From Candidatus Angelobacter sp. (GTDB taxonomy: Bacteria > Acidobacteriota > Terriglobia > Terriglobales > Acidobacteriaceae), in NCBI GenBank assembly GCA_035762225.1, contig DASTPO010000446.1, positions 1-54,126 of the forward strand: a stretch of 54,126 nucleotides of DNA, read 5' to 3'. The translations under genes and the position numbers were made by a program. Positions 45,368-53,537 of this stretch are shown here, piece after piece (position 1 is the first letter of the stretch; the number at the start of each line of letters is the position of its first letter). The notes under the pieces were generated by a model. The model was not told the origin of the DNA. It worked only from the letters and a program-made list of their open reading frames with translations, and ran no database searches.

Positions 45368-46170
45368 GTCTCGCCGTCGAATTTCCCACCCACAACCCGG
45401 GGCTGCAAGCCGCCCAGCCGCGCTACAGCATTATTGTTCCTGCTTACAACGAGCGCGCCCGTATCGGCGGCACGCTGGAGCGGATACTGGAGCATCTGCG
45501 CGAACAGAACTGGGACGCCGAAATCGTTGTGGTGAATGACGGCTCGCGCGATGATACCGCCGATTTCGTCAACAGCTTCGCCCTCGACCATCCCAGGGTC
45601 CGCCTGATCCAGAACCCGGGCAACCAGGGCAAAGGCTTTGCCGTTCGCAACGGCATGCTCAACGCGCGCGGCCAGGTGCTGCTGTTTACAGACGCCGATC
45701 TCTCGTCCCCGATTTCCGAGGCCAGCAAGCTTTTTGCCGCGCTTGAAAAAGGCGCGGATGTCGCCATGGGATCCCGCTGGCTCGATCCATCACTGCAATT
45801 CCAGCGGCAATCCTTCAAGCGACAGGTCATGTCGCGCGCCTTCAATCTGTTTATCCGGGGCGTGCTGACGTTCCCGTATCGCGATACCCAGTGCGGTTTC
45901 AAGGCTTTTTCCCGCCGCGCCGCCCAGATGATCTTCCCCCTTCAGCGCATCAAGCGCTGGGGCTTTGACGCGGAGATCATCTATCTGGCCCATCACATGA
46001 AATTGAACGTGGTGGAAGTTCCGGTGGCGTGGGGCCATGATGAAAGGTCGAAGATCCACCCCTGGCGCGATGGCTTTTATATGGGAATTGACACGCTGAA
46101 GGTACGCGGCTACTCGCTTACAGGCGGCTACCGGCCGCGGCCTGCCGGCAAAGTCACTACCATTTCCTAG
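45364..46170 (+). CDS. Family 2 glycosyltransferase (polyprenyl-phosphate glycosyltransferase-like)
   Basis: YSIIVPAYNE, VVVNDGSRDDT and TDADL motifs. ATGA overlap with the HD-GYP gene. Confidence 0.82.
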   Translation: MSLAVEFPTHNPGLQAAQPRYSIIVPAYNERARIGGTLERILEHLREQNWDAEIVVVNDGSRDDTADFVNSFALDHPRVRLIQNPGNQGKGFAVRNGMLNARGQVLLFTDADLSSPISEASKLFAALEKGADVAMGSRWLDPSLQFQRQSFKRQVMSRAFNLFIRGVLTFPYRDTQCGFKAFSRRAAQMIFPLQRIKRWGFDAEIIYLAHHMKLNVVEVPVAWGHDERSKIHPWRDGFYMGIDTLKVRGYSLTGGYRPRPAGKVTTIS

Positions 46171-46179
46171 AACGCAGGT

Positions 46180-47298
46180 TTATTCCGGGACAAAATAAAA
46201 AGCCACCGCAACAATGGCGTAGACAGCGAGAAGCTGCGCGCCCTCAAACCAGTTGGTCTCGCCGTCAGACGAGATCATTTCCACCAGCAGAACCGAAAGA
46301 ACGATAGCGGCGATCTCAAAGCCGTTGAATACCAGCGTCATGGGGTGTCCCATGGCGGAAGAAAGAAAGACCAGCACCGGTGCGACAAAGAGCGCAATCT
46401 GGGTGCTGGCGCCGGTGGTGATAGCCATGGAAACATCGATTTGATTGCGGCGGGCCATCATGATGGCGGCTGAATTCTCCGCGGCGTTGCCCACCAGCGC
46501 CACCACGATTACACCCACGAAGAGCTCGGTCATTCCCAGCGCGCGGGTAACCGGTGCGATCTGGCCCACTAGAATCTCGCTCAAGATAGCGATCAGGATC
46601 GTCGCCACAGCAAGAGAAAAAATCGCCTGCCCGCGGCTGGTCCTCGGTTTTCCATCATCCTGTTTTTGTGCCGCCGATAATGAGGCGCGATGTGTACGCA
46701 AAACAAAGATCAGGTGCAGCACGTAAAGCAAGATCAGCACGCCGCTGGTCCAGAGGCTCAAATGCTCCAGGTTGATGTCGCGGTGCTGGAGCGTGCCAAA
46801 AACTGTGAGGTTGAAAACTGCGGGCATAATGAGCGCCGCCGCGGCAATCATCAGCATCGTACTGTTCATCGCTGAGGAAGTTCGTGAAAAGCGCTGCACG
46901 GAGTAGCGTGCTCCGCCGGCCATCAGGCTGAGTCCCAGTACGAGAAGGAGATTGCCGATAATGCTTCCGGAAAGCGAAGCTTTCACCACATTGATGTGGC
47001 CTGCACGCAGGGCAAAAATGGCGATGATCATTTCCGTGGCGTTGCCCATGGTTGCGCTCAGGACGCCGCCCACCGCAGGCCCGCAATGGGAAGCCAGCGC
47101 TCCGGTGGATTCGCCGAGCACGCTGGCTAGCGGTGCAATGGCCAGCGCTGCCGCCAGAAAGATCCAGAGCGGCGGCGCATGAAACAGATCCAGCAGGAGC
47201 GCCACCGGCAGCAGCGCCAAAAGCATTGTCAGCCAGCGTTGGCCGGTCTTGAGCGGGAAATGGTTCCGCCATGCGGCCGGCGAAAGGGGATTCGGCAT
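46180..47298 (-). CDS. Ca2+/H+ antiporter (CaCA/CAX family)
   Basis: Two alpha-repeats, GNATEMIIAIFA and GNAAENSAAIMMA, with about 11 TM helices. The ATG at 47298 avoids overlap with the upstream small gene. Confidence 0.85.
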   Translation of the reverse strand: MPNPLSPAAWRNHFPLKTGQRWLTMLLALLPVALLLDLFHAPPLWIFLAAALAIAPLASVLGESTGALASHCGPAVGGVLSATMGNATEMIIAIFALRAGHINVVKASLSGSIIGNLLLVLGLSLMAGGARYSVQRFSRTSSAMNSTMLMIAAAALIMPAVFNLTVFGTLQHRDINLEHLSLWTSGVLILLYVLHLIFVLRTHRASLSAAQKQDDGKPRTSRGQAIFSLAVATILIAILSEILVGQIAPVTRALGMTELFVGVIVVALVGNAAENSAAIMMARRNQIDVSMAITTGASTQIALFVAPVLVFLSSAMGHPMTLVFNGFEIAAIVLSVLLVEMISSDGETNWFEGAQLLAVYAIVAVAFYFVPE

Positions 47299-47341
47299 CC
47301 TGTGGATTGTAAAAGATTGGCCCTGCTCGGTTACCGATTTC

Positions 47342-47587
47342 TCAGGAGGCCATCGCCCGAAGCGCTCGCGGATCTTTGGGTACCACCTGAACTCCCCGCT
47401 GCCGGTCATAGGCCAGGGTCAGCTGCGCCGAACATGGGCCACACAGCCAGAAATGTTCCACCCGGTTTGCGCTCTTTTTTTCGGGCGGCTGTTGCGAGGG
47501 CTGGGCGGCTTCCAGCATGAATATTTTGCCTTCTCGCAGATAAACCAACGGAGTTGAGCAGGAGGGGTTAGCGCATTTTGACAGCAT
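47342..47587 (-). CDS. Small Cys-pair (zinc-ribbon-like) hypothetical protein
   Basis: MLSKCANPSCSTPLVYLREGKIF...HFWLCGPCS. AAGGAG lies 8 nt upstream of the ATG at 47587. Confidence 0.5.
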   Translation of the reverse strand: MLSKCANPSCSTPLVYLREGKIFMLEAAQPSQQPPEKKSANRVEHFWLCGPCSAQLTLAYDRQRGVQVVPKDPRALRAMAS

Positions 47588-47734
47588 CAGCATTGCTCCT
47601 TGTTCCCCGCGGCAAAGTTCAGCCGTTGAATTCAAAAACCGGCATTTTCACTGGAAAAATAGATGCAAAGTTTTGCTGCCGGGATTGACGGAAATTTCCG
47701 GCTGCAAATATTTCTGAGAGTCGGACGGGGTTAC

Positions 47735-47833
47735 TCAGTTACCCGCAAGCGCCGGCAACAGCACCATTAACGCTGCAATCCAAAACCCCATCCAAATCAG
47801 CAGGTTTCTCGTTTCCGCCACATTCGAGTTCAT
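47735..47833 (-). CDS. Possible 32-aa single-TM peptide
   Basis: MNSNVAETRNLLIWMGFWIAALMVLLPALAGN. GGAGG lies about 9 nt upstream of the ATG. It is the 3' part of the listed 47735..48001 ORF, whose upstream part looks non-coding. The call is tentative. Confidence 0.3.
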   Translation of the reverse strand: MNSNVAETRNLLIWMGFWIAALMVLLPALAGN

Positions 47834-48000
47834 CAATGCGCCTCCGCTATCAAATACTTCGGTCAGAGAAGGTGCAAGCTGTACTCCATTTATGTAAGTG
47901 ATTGTAAATAAGAACTTTGTTTTGGTAATCCGCGATACTTTTGTGTCAAAAGTCGCCTGGAGAGTGTGGGCAATTACACACGTCCGCGGGGCGATCAGCA

Positions 48001-48399
48001 CTATTGGCGTGACTCGCCTTGGCCGAAAATTTCCTGCAATTTGGAAGAAAGGATCCTGACCGTAAACGGCTTCTGCACCAGAATAGTGCCGGGTTTGAGA
48101 ACCCCATCCGGCGCCAGGGAAGCGTCGGCATAGCCGGAGATGAACACCACTTTGATGTCAGGACGGCTTTGCAAAAGCTCTTCCGCGAGCGCTGGACCTG
48201 AGATTGGCTCCATCATCACGTCCGTCAGCAGAAGGTCGATTTTGCCCGGGAAGGCGGCAGCTACTTCTAATGCCTCAGTCCCATTGGCGGCAGAGAGCAT
48301 CTGGTATCCCAGTTGGCCGAGAAGATCGATGAGCACGTTGCGGAGGAAATCCTCGTCGTCTACCAGGAGAATCGTTTCTTTACCGCGCTGATAATCCAC
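48001..48399 (-). CDS. Stand-alone canonical response regulator receiver
   Basis: ILLVDDED, LLLTDVMMEP, VVFISGY and VQKPF give a complete D-D-D-S-K set. Confidence 0.85.
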   Translation of the reverse strand: MDYQRGKETILLVDDEDFLRNVLIDLLGQLGYQMLSAANGTEALEVAAAFPGKIDLLLTDVMMEPISGPALAEELLQSRPDIKVVFISGYADASLAPDGVLKPGTILVQKPFTVRILSSKLQEIFGQGESRQ

Positions 48400-49311
48400 G
48401 CCGAACGCTCTTTTCAGCTGCCGGCCACCACGGCCGACCTTAGACAGATTCTTTTAATTGTGGCCCTTTTAGGCCCGGTATTTCAACTGAAAAGCCAAGT
48501 TCGGTGTGGGGATTCTTGCTTGTCCGGCACAGTTACGACATGTGAAAGCATTTGCACAGGCGAGAGCTAATCGAGCAGTGCAGAAGAGCGTGACGGGGGC
48601 AGATGGGTTTTTCTGGAGGAAAAAGTTAAGGGCCGGAGCTTCCGGGTCTCCAGCCCTTCAATAGCAGTTCGACGGATGAGCCTGCTGTAGTAGTAGAGTC
48701 TGCTTCATTCCATGAAATATAGGGTGCCAGCAATTTTTTTATGCGTAAATCATTTCATGGCAGGCAAAGAAGTGCAGACTCATTTGGTGATAATGAAATT
48801 ACAGCTTATGAAAAGCAGTCCCGCTAATTTTGAGAACATCTCAATGAATCGAAACCGTCTGACCCGAGAGGTTCAGAACGCGAAGGCAGCTATGGGCGCG
48901 CTCGGCGATGTTCAGAATGTCGGCGTCCCGGCTGGCGGCAACCAGTCGTTTGCACACAAAGCAATGGGATTCGATGACGCCGTGGTTAGTCGGGTCCTGG
49001 CGACGATCGAACATGAATTCCAGCAGGGGGAGACTGGACATTAGTGGCTTAGGATCGGTCATGCTTAGTATGAAACTCGTTGGAGCCGGATTAAAAAGTC
49101 TAATAAATTTGGTGAGCGCAATTGCAGAATATCGGCAACAATCTGCACCATTTCAAAATAACACCCGGAGTTTGAATCGCCATCCCTCGCGTGGCTTCAT
49201 TCTCAGGATTTCCTGCGCAATAGCCACCACCCGTGCGTGAACCACTTCAGCAACATGCGTAGCACTCAAGTAACTCTGTTTTCTTTGAGTTAGAGGCTAT
49301 GCTTCCGGTAT

Positions 49312-50760
49312 ATGCCAAGCCGCCGAACCATCGTATGGGCGCTGTTCGCGCTGTCACTTGCTCCCCTGCCGCCAAAAATACAGGCGCAAGAGTCACTGGC
49401 AGACAAGGCCAGAAGAGTCCGTGCCCGCAAAGAGCAGGAAGAGTCTGCGTCAAAGCCAGGCGCGGCTAAACAGTTGAGCCCTACGGCCGCCGATCTATCC
49501 GCAACCGTCAACCTGATTGCAGAGACTGATCCGGAGAAGTACAGCGCCGGGATTCGCGACCTTCTGCAGCAGGACCGGTTTATTGTTCTGGACGATGTTT
49601 CAGCCGGAGAGCGCGTGAACAAGACCCGGTTTCCCGGAGGCGAGTGGAGGCTGCACGCGTTGTATGAAGCTCTGGCCACGCCTGGGGGGACCAGTCGCGG
49701 CGTGGTTGCGGACTGGAATGCTTATCGCGAACGATTCAATCGCTGGGTGGCGCAGCAGCCAGGTTCCATTACCGCGCGAGTCGCGCAAGCCGATGCGGAG
49801 TTGATGTACGCCTGGCAGCTGCGCGCAACCAGCGATGTGAATCCTGAGAGCCACCGCCTTTTCGATGAGCGGGTAAAAATGGCGGCAGCGATCTTGAACC
49901 AGGCCTCTGACCTGCCGGTGAAATGCCCGCAGTGGTACAACGTGATGATGCAGGTTGGGCGCGCCTCCGGCTGGCAGGTGCAGGACCTGACCGCCCTGTT
50001 TCAGCGGGCAATTGAATTTGAGCCGCAGTATTACTACGTCTACCAGCAACACGCGCTCACCCTGACCACGAAGTGGCTGGGAAAAGACGGCGACATGGAG
50101 AAGTTCGCAGCTGAAACGGCGAACCGTGTTGGGGGCAAGCCGGGAAATATCCTGTATTGGCAGATCGCGCAATCAATCATCGGCAACCGCGATCTGGGAA
50201 ACATTCCGCAGCACTTTACCTGGTCGCAAGCGCTGATCGGATATCAGGCATTGGTGGAACAATACGGTCCCAGCCTGCTGCGGCAAAACCAGAATGCCCT
50301 GATGGCGGCCAAGTTCGGCGATTATATGACCGCCGACGACGTGTTTCTCCAAATTGGAGACCATTTCGATCCCGGCACCTGGGGCACGCAGGAATACTTC
50401 GAAAAAGTCAGGAACTGGGCCAGAAGTTCTGCCGGTCCGTTCAAGAAGATTGTTGAGGCCTACCAGGCTGTCAACGTCAACATAGGTACGCCTGAGGGCT
50501 TGAAGTATGACGGGCAGATCGCGCGAGAGTTCTCCGCTCACTTTGCCAGCTTGGTGCGGAATTGCGCCAGCGCTGAGGGAGGCCAGTCGCCCACTCTTTT
50601 AATCCTTCAGGTCGGCAAGACCGGGACCGTGCAGCAGATGCTGGTAGTACCACAAACCGCGAGCGATGCATGTCTGCGTCCCAAGGTGGAGAAGGCCTGG
50701 TTCTCGCCACCGCCCAAGCCCGAATACTGGGTCCGCGTGAGCCTGAACGCCAAACCCTGA
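49312..50760 (+). CDS. Secreted hypothetical protein
   Basis: Signal peptide MPSRRTIVWALFALSLAPLPPKIQAQ. 482 aa, helical-repeat-like, with no motif I can name. Confidence 0.6.
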   Translation: MPSRRTIVWALFALSLAPLPPKIQAQESLADKARRVRARKEQEESASKPGAAKQLSPTAADLSATVNLIAETDPEKYSAGIRDLLQQDRFIVLDDVSAGERVNKTRFPGGEWRLHALYEALATPGGTSRGVVADWNAYRERFNRWVAQQPGSITARVAQADAELMYAWQLRATSDVNPESHRLFDERVKMAAAILNQASDLPVKCPQWYNVMMQVGRASGWQVQDLTALFQRAIEFEPQYYYVYQQHALTLTTKWLGKDGDMEKFAAETANRVGGKPGNILYWQIAQSIIGNRDLGNIPQHFTWSQALIGYQALVEQYGPSLLRQNQNALMAAKFGDYMTADDVFLQIGDHFDPGTWGTQEYFEKVRNWARSSAGPFKKIVEAYQAVNVNIGTPEGLKYDGQIAREFSAHFASLVRNCASAEGGQSPTLLILQVGKTGTVQQMLVVPQTASDACLRPKVEKAWFSPPPKPEYWVRVSLNAKP

Positions 50761-50797
50761 GTCTTCAGCGGAAGCCAGCCACGAACTCTGAGCCCGC

Positions 50798-50831
50798 GGC
50801 CACGAGTGTGTCTCTTGTGGCCACAAATTTT
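50798..50831 (+). terminator. Weak hairpin terminator candidate after the 482-aa gene
   Basis: GGCCACGAG-tgtgt-CTCTTGTGGCC, followed by ACAAATTTT. Confidence 0.3.
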
Positions 50832-50846
50832 GTGGAGGCGATTCTT

Positions 50847-51300
50847 GGCGAGGCCGGCCCGCGCCGAGCCACGGGCAACAGGAGCGGAGAGGGTTTGTAG
50901 CGGGAACGGAAAGTAAGAGCGGTTTGGAGCGCTAGCGACAAAAGAGAACGGATCGGAAGAATAGTGGCGAGGCCGGTCCGGGCCGAGCAACAAGCAACAG
51001 GAGCGGAAAGGTTTGAAGCGGGAACGGAAGGTAAGAGCGGTTTGGAGCGCAAGCGACAAAAGAGACGGATCGGAAGAATAGTGGCGAGGGCGAGCCCGCG
51101 CCGAGCCACAAGCAACAGGAGCGGAAAAGTTTGAAGCGGGAACGAAAAGTAAAAGCGGTTTGGAGCGCAAGCGACAAAAGAGACGGATCGGAAGAATAGT
51201 GGCGAGGCCGAGCCCGTGCCGAGCCACAAGCAACAGGAGCGGAAAGGGTTTGTAGCGGGAACGGAAAGTAAAAGCGGTTTGGAGCGAAAGCGACAAAAAG
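50847..51300. repeat. Tandem repeat, about 3.9 copies of a 117-119 bp purine-rich unit
   Basis: The unit starts (GGCGAGG) at 50847, 50966, 51083 and 51201. Units are about 90% identical by eye, and the last one is truncated at the csp terminator. A degenerate partial unit may lie at about 50821-50846. Confidence 0.9.
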
Positions 51301-51333
51301 AAAAGACCCGGTAGTGGGGTCGACCGGGTCTCG
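51291..51333 (-). terminator. Rho-independent terminator of cspA
   Basis: On the minus strand: GAGACCCGG-loop-CCGGGTCT, followed by TTTCTTTTTGTC. It lies about 30 nt after the csp stop. Confidence 0.7.
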
Positions 51334-51361
51334 AAATTCGATCAGAACCTGGGCTGGTCCA

Positions 51362-51586
51362 TCAAGCAGATTGCGTTGTTTGTGGCTTGGTTACGCCTTC
51401 TGCCTGAGGGCCTTTCTGTCCCTGGACAATCTCGAACTCGACATCATCGCCCTCCTGGAGGCTCTTGTATCCCTCCGACTGGATGGCACTATAGTGTACA
51501 AACACGTCAGGGCCGTCGTCCCGGCCGATAAAGCCGAAGCCCTTTGCGTTGTTAAACCATTTCACTTTTCCTTTAATTCTCGACAC
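51362..51586 (-). CDS. cspA: Cold-shock protein (CspA family)
   Basis: GTG at 51586, preceded by [26 protein letters not shown] (RNP1) and DVFVHYSAI (RNP2). The upstream 37 codons of the listed ORF are unlikely to be coding. Confidence 0.9.
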   Translation of the reverse strand: MSRIKGKVKWFNNAKGFGFIGRDDGPDVFVHYSAIQSEGYKSLQEGDDVEFEIVQGQKGPQAEGVTKPQTTQSA

Positions 51587-51764
51587 GTTCCTTACTCCGG
51601 GTGCGGTCCTTGGAGGCACGTTAAAACTGTGGTCCCCTTGAACCAGTTTTTTCTTCTCTTGGGTTTTGCCACTGCTTTTGGGAGGGACGCAAAACACCGG
51701 AGTGAAAACTTAACCTTCCTCGCGATGTGTTCCGTCTTATACCCGCTACTTTGGCTTTGCGGTT

Positions 51765-51794
51765 ATTGTGCGCTTCATCACGCGATGATGTCAA
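51765..51794 (-). promoter_or_regulatory. Sigma70-like promoter candidate for cspA, implying a 5' UTR of about 170 nt
   Basis: On the minus strand: TTGACA, 18 nt spacer, CACAAT. Confidence 0.35.
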
Positions 51795-51908
51795 CAGTAT
51801 CTAAGTACCTGAATGCGAATGAATTAGCGGGGAAAAATCATGTCGCGCGCGACCCGGTGCAAGTGGTCGCCCGCCTTACTAAAAGCAACGGTAAAGTTGC
51901 ATTTTTCT

Positions 51909-52475
51909 TTAGCGAGGGCCCATTTTTTTCGCTGCCCAGAGCAGGGAAGCTATGGTTTTGGCATCCACGATTTTTCCCGTCATCGCCATGTTGACCGCCT
52001 GGGACAGGGAAAAAAATCTCACCGCAATGCGCTCGTCTTCCTCCGGCTGGGCAATTCCTTTCTTGAGACCACGTGCCAGATAGACCGTCATGCTCTCCCC
52101 GAGGAAGCCGGGGCTGACGAAAAAGAACAGAGCTCGCTGCCAGGTTGAAGCCGTATAGCCGGTTTCTTCGATCAGTTCGCGCTTGGCTGCCGCCAGGCCA
52201 CGCTCGCCCGGATCGATCCGGCCCGCGGGCAGCTCCCAGATGCGTCTGCCGGCGGCGTAACGATACTGGCGCTCCAACAGGACGCGTGGCGTGCGACCGG
52301 AATCATCGATCGGAAGGACCACGATGGAGCCGGAATGGCGGATCACATCGCGACGGGCGCGAACGTTGCCGGGTTCTTCCACCAGATCGGAATCCACGGT
52401 AAAAACCGGCCCACGGAAGACCGTTTTTGAGGAAATAACCTTTACCAGGCTCCTGGTTTTCTTACCGCTTGGCAT
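51909..52475 (-). CDS. NUDIX hydrolase (ADP-ribose pyrophosphatase-like)
   Basis: Nudix box GRIDPGERGLAAAKRELIEETGY. Confidence 0.85.
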   Translation of the reverse strand: MPSGKKTRSLVKVISSKTVFRGPVFTVDSDLVEEPGNVRARRDVIRHSGSIVVLPIDDSGRTPRVLLERQYRYAAGRRIWELPAGRIDPGERGLAAAKRELIEETGYTASTWQRALFFFVSPGFLGESMTVYLARGLKKGIAQPEEDERIAVRFFSLSQAVNMAMTGKIVDAKTIASLLWAAKKMGPR

Positions 52476-52574
52476 GGATCAATCTTACGTTCTGGCCGGA
52501 AAAAACAAAACTCTCTGCGTTCGGGCGGTGGGACCTGCCATGAGGATCTCCGGGTTCTGGTATTCTCGCGGTGA

Positions 52575-53453
52575 ATGGCTGCCCACAGCACTCGCGGCCT
52601 GAAGACGATCACGCTGATCGGAGCGGGTAACCTGGCTCAGGCCCTGGGGCCGGCGCTGCGTGATGCCGGATACAGGATCCAGACCATCGTGGCGCGGGAA
52701 ACCGCCTCGTCGCGCCGGCGCGCTGCCATGCTGGCAAAAAGCCTGGATGCAAAAGCCCTTCCCCTGGCGCAGGCCGTGCCAGACTCCGACGTCATATGGA
52801 TCTGTCATACCGACGATGCGCTGGAGGAAACGGCTCGACTGCTGGCGCGCAAACCCGGGTGGAAGGGGAAAGTGGTGCTGCATTCCAGCGGCGCCCTCAG
52901 CAGCGACGTGCTGCTGCCCTTGAAGCGCAAAGGCGCGAGTACGGCCTCCCTTCATCCCATGATGACGTTTGTGCCGCGGACTGTGCCGCGCATGAGCGAG
53001 GTGCCGTTCGGGCTGGAAGGCGATCCCCAGGCCGTGGCCATGGCGCGGCAGATCGTGAAACGGCTGGGCGCGGAGGTTTTCAACATCCGCAAGAGATTCA
53101 AACCGCTCTACCATGCGCTGGGCTCATTTTCCTCGCCTTTGGTCGTCGCGACGCTGGTGACGGCGGAACGGGTCGGACGCGGCGCCGGGCTTACCGCCAG
53201 CCAGACGCGCAAACTGGTGGGGCCGATTCTGCGCCAGACGCTCAAGAACTACGAAGAGGGCGGCGCGGCCGCCGCGTTCAGCGGCCCGATCAAACGCGGC
53301 GACCTCAACACCGTTCGCCGGCATTTACAGGAGCTGCAGCGGGTGCCGGGCGCAAGCGATGTTTATCGTGCCTTGGTGAAGTCGGCGCTGATGGACTTGC
53401 CATCGCGCAACGCAAAAGGCATTTCAAGGCTGATGCAGATCAAGAAAACCTAG
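52575..53453 (+). CDS. Rossmann-fold NAD(P)-binding protein with a DUF2520-like C-terminal domain
   Basis: ITLIGAGNLAQALGPALRDAGY dinucleotide-binding start, and ...LHPMMTF... and SGPIKRGD motifs seen in this family. Confidence 0.7.
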   Translation: MAAHSTRGLKTITLIGAGNLAQALGPALRDAGYRIQTIVARETASSRRRAAMLAKSLDAKALPLAQAVPDSDVIWICHTDDALEETARLLARKPGWKGKVVLHSSGALSSDVLLPLKRKGASTASLHPMMTFVPRTVPRMSEVPFGLEGDPQAVAMARQIVKRLGAEVFNIRKRFKPLYHALGSFSSPLVVATLVTAERVGRGAGLTASQTRKLVGPILRQTLKNYEEGGAAAAFSGPIKRGDLNTVRRHLQELQRVPGASDVYRALVKSALMDLPSRNAKGISRLMQIKKT

Positions 53454-53537
53454 CCGTGAAAATCGCAATCAGCCAACCAACGGCCAAACTGAACCGGGTT
53501 GATCATGGGCGTGCTCCTTCATTCGGAAGGCTTGCTT

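Noticed and set aside
50607-51296. Long minus-strand ORFs (50607..51296, 50765..51229, 50932..51177) and a plus ORF 50670..50900 across the tandem array.
   Set aside because: They are generated by the repeat itself. The unit periods of 119, 117 and 118 nt do not preserve a reading frame. The translations are repetitive and low-complexity, they overlap the 3' end of the 482-aa gene, and no start or RBS context is present.
50847-51300. Possibility that the tandem array is a CRISPR array.
   Set aside because: The whole unit of about 118 bp repeats without unique spacers, the repeats are far longer than CRISPR repeats, and no cas genes are in the window.
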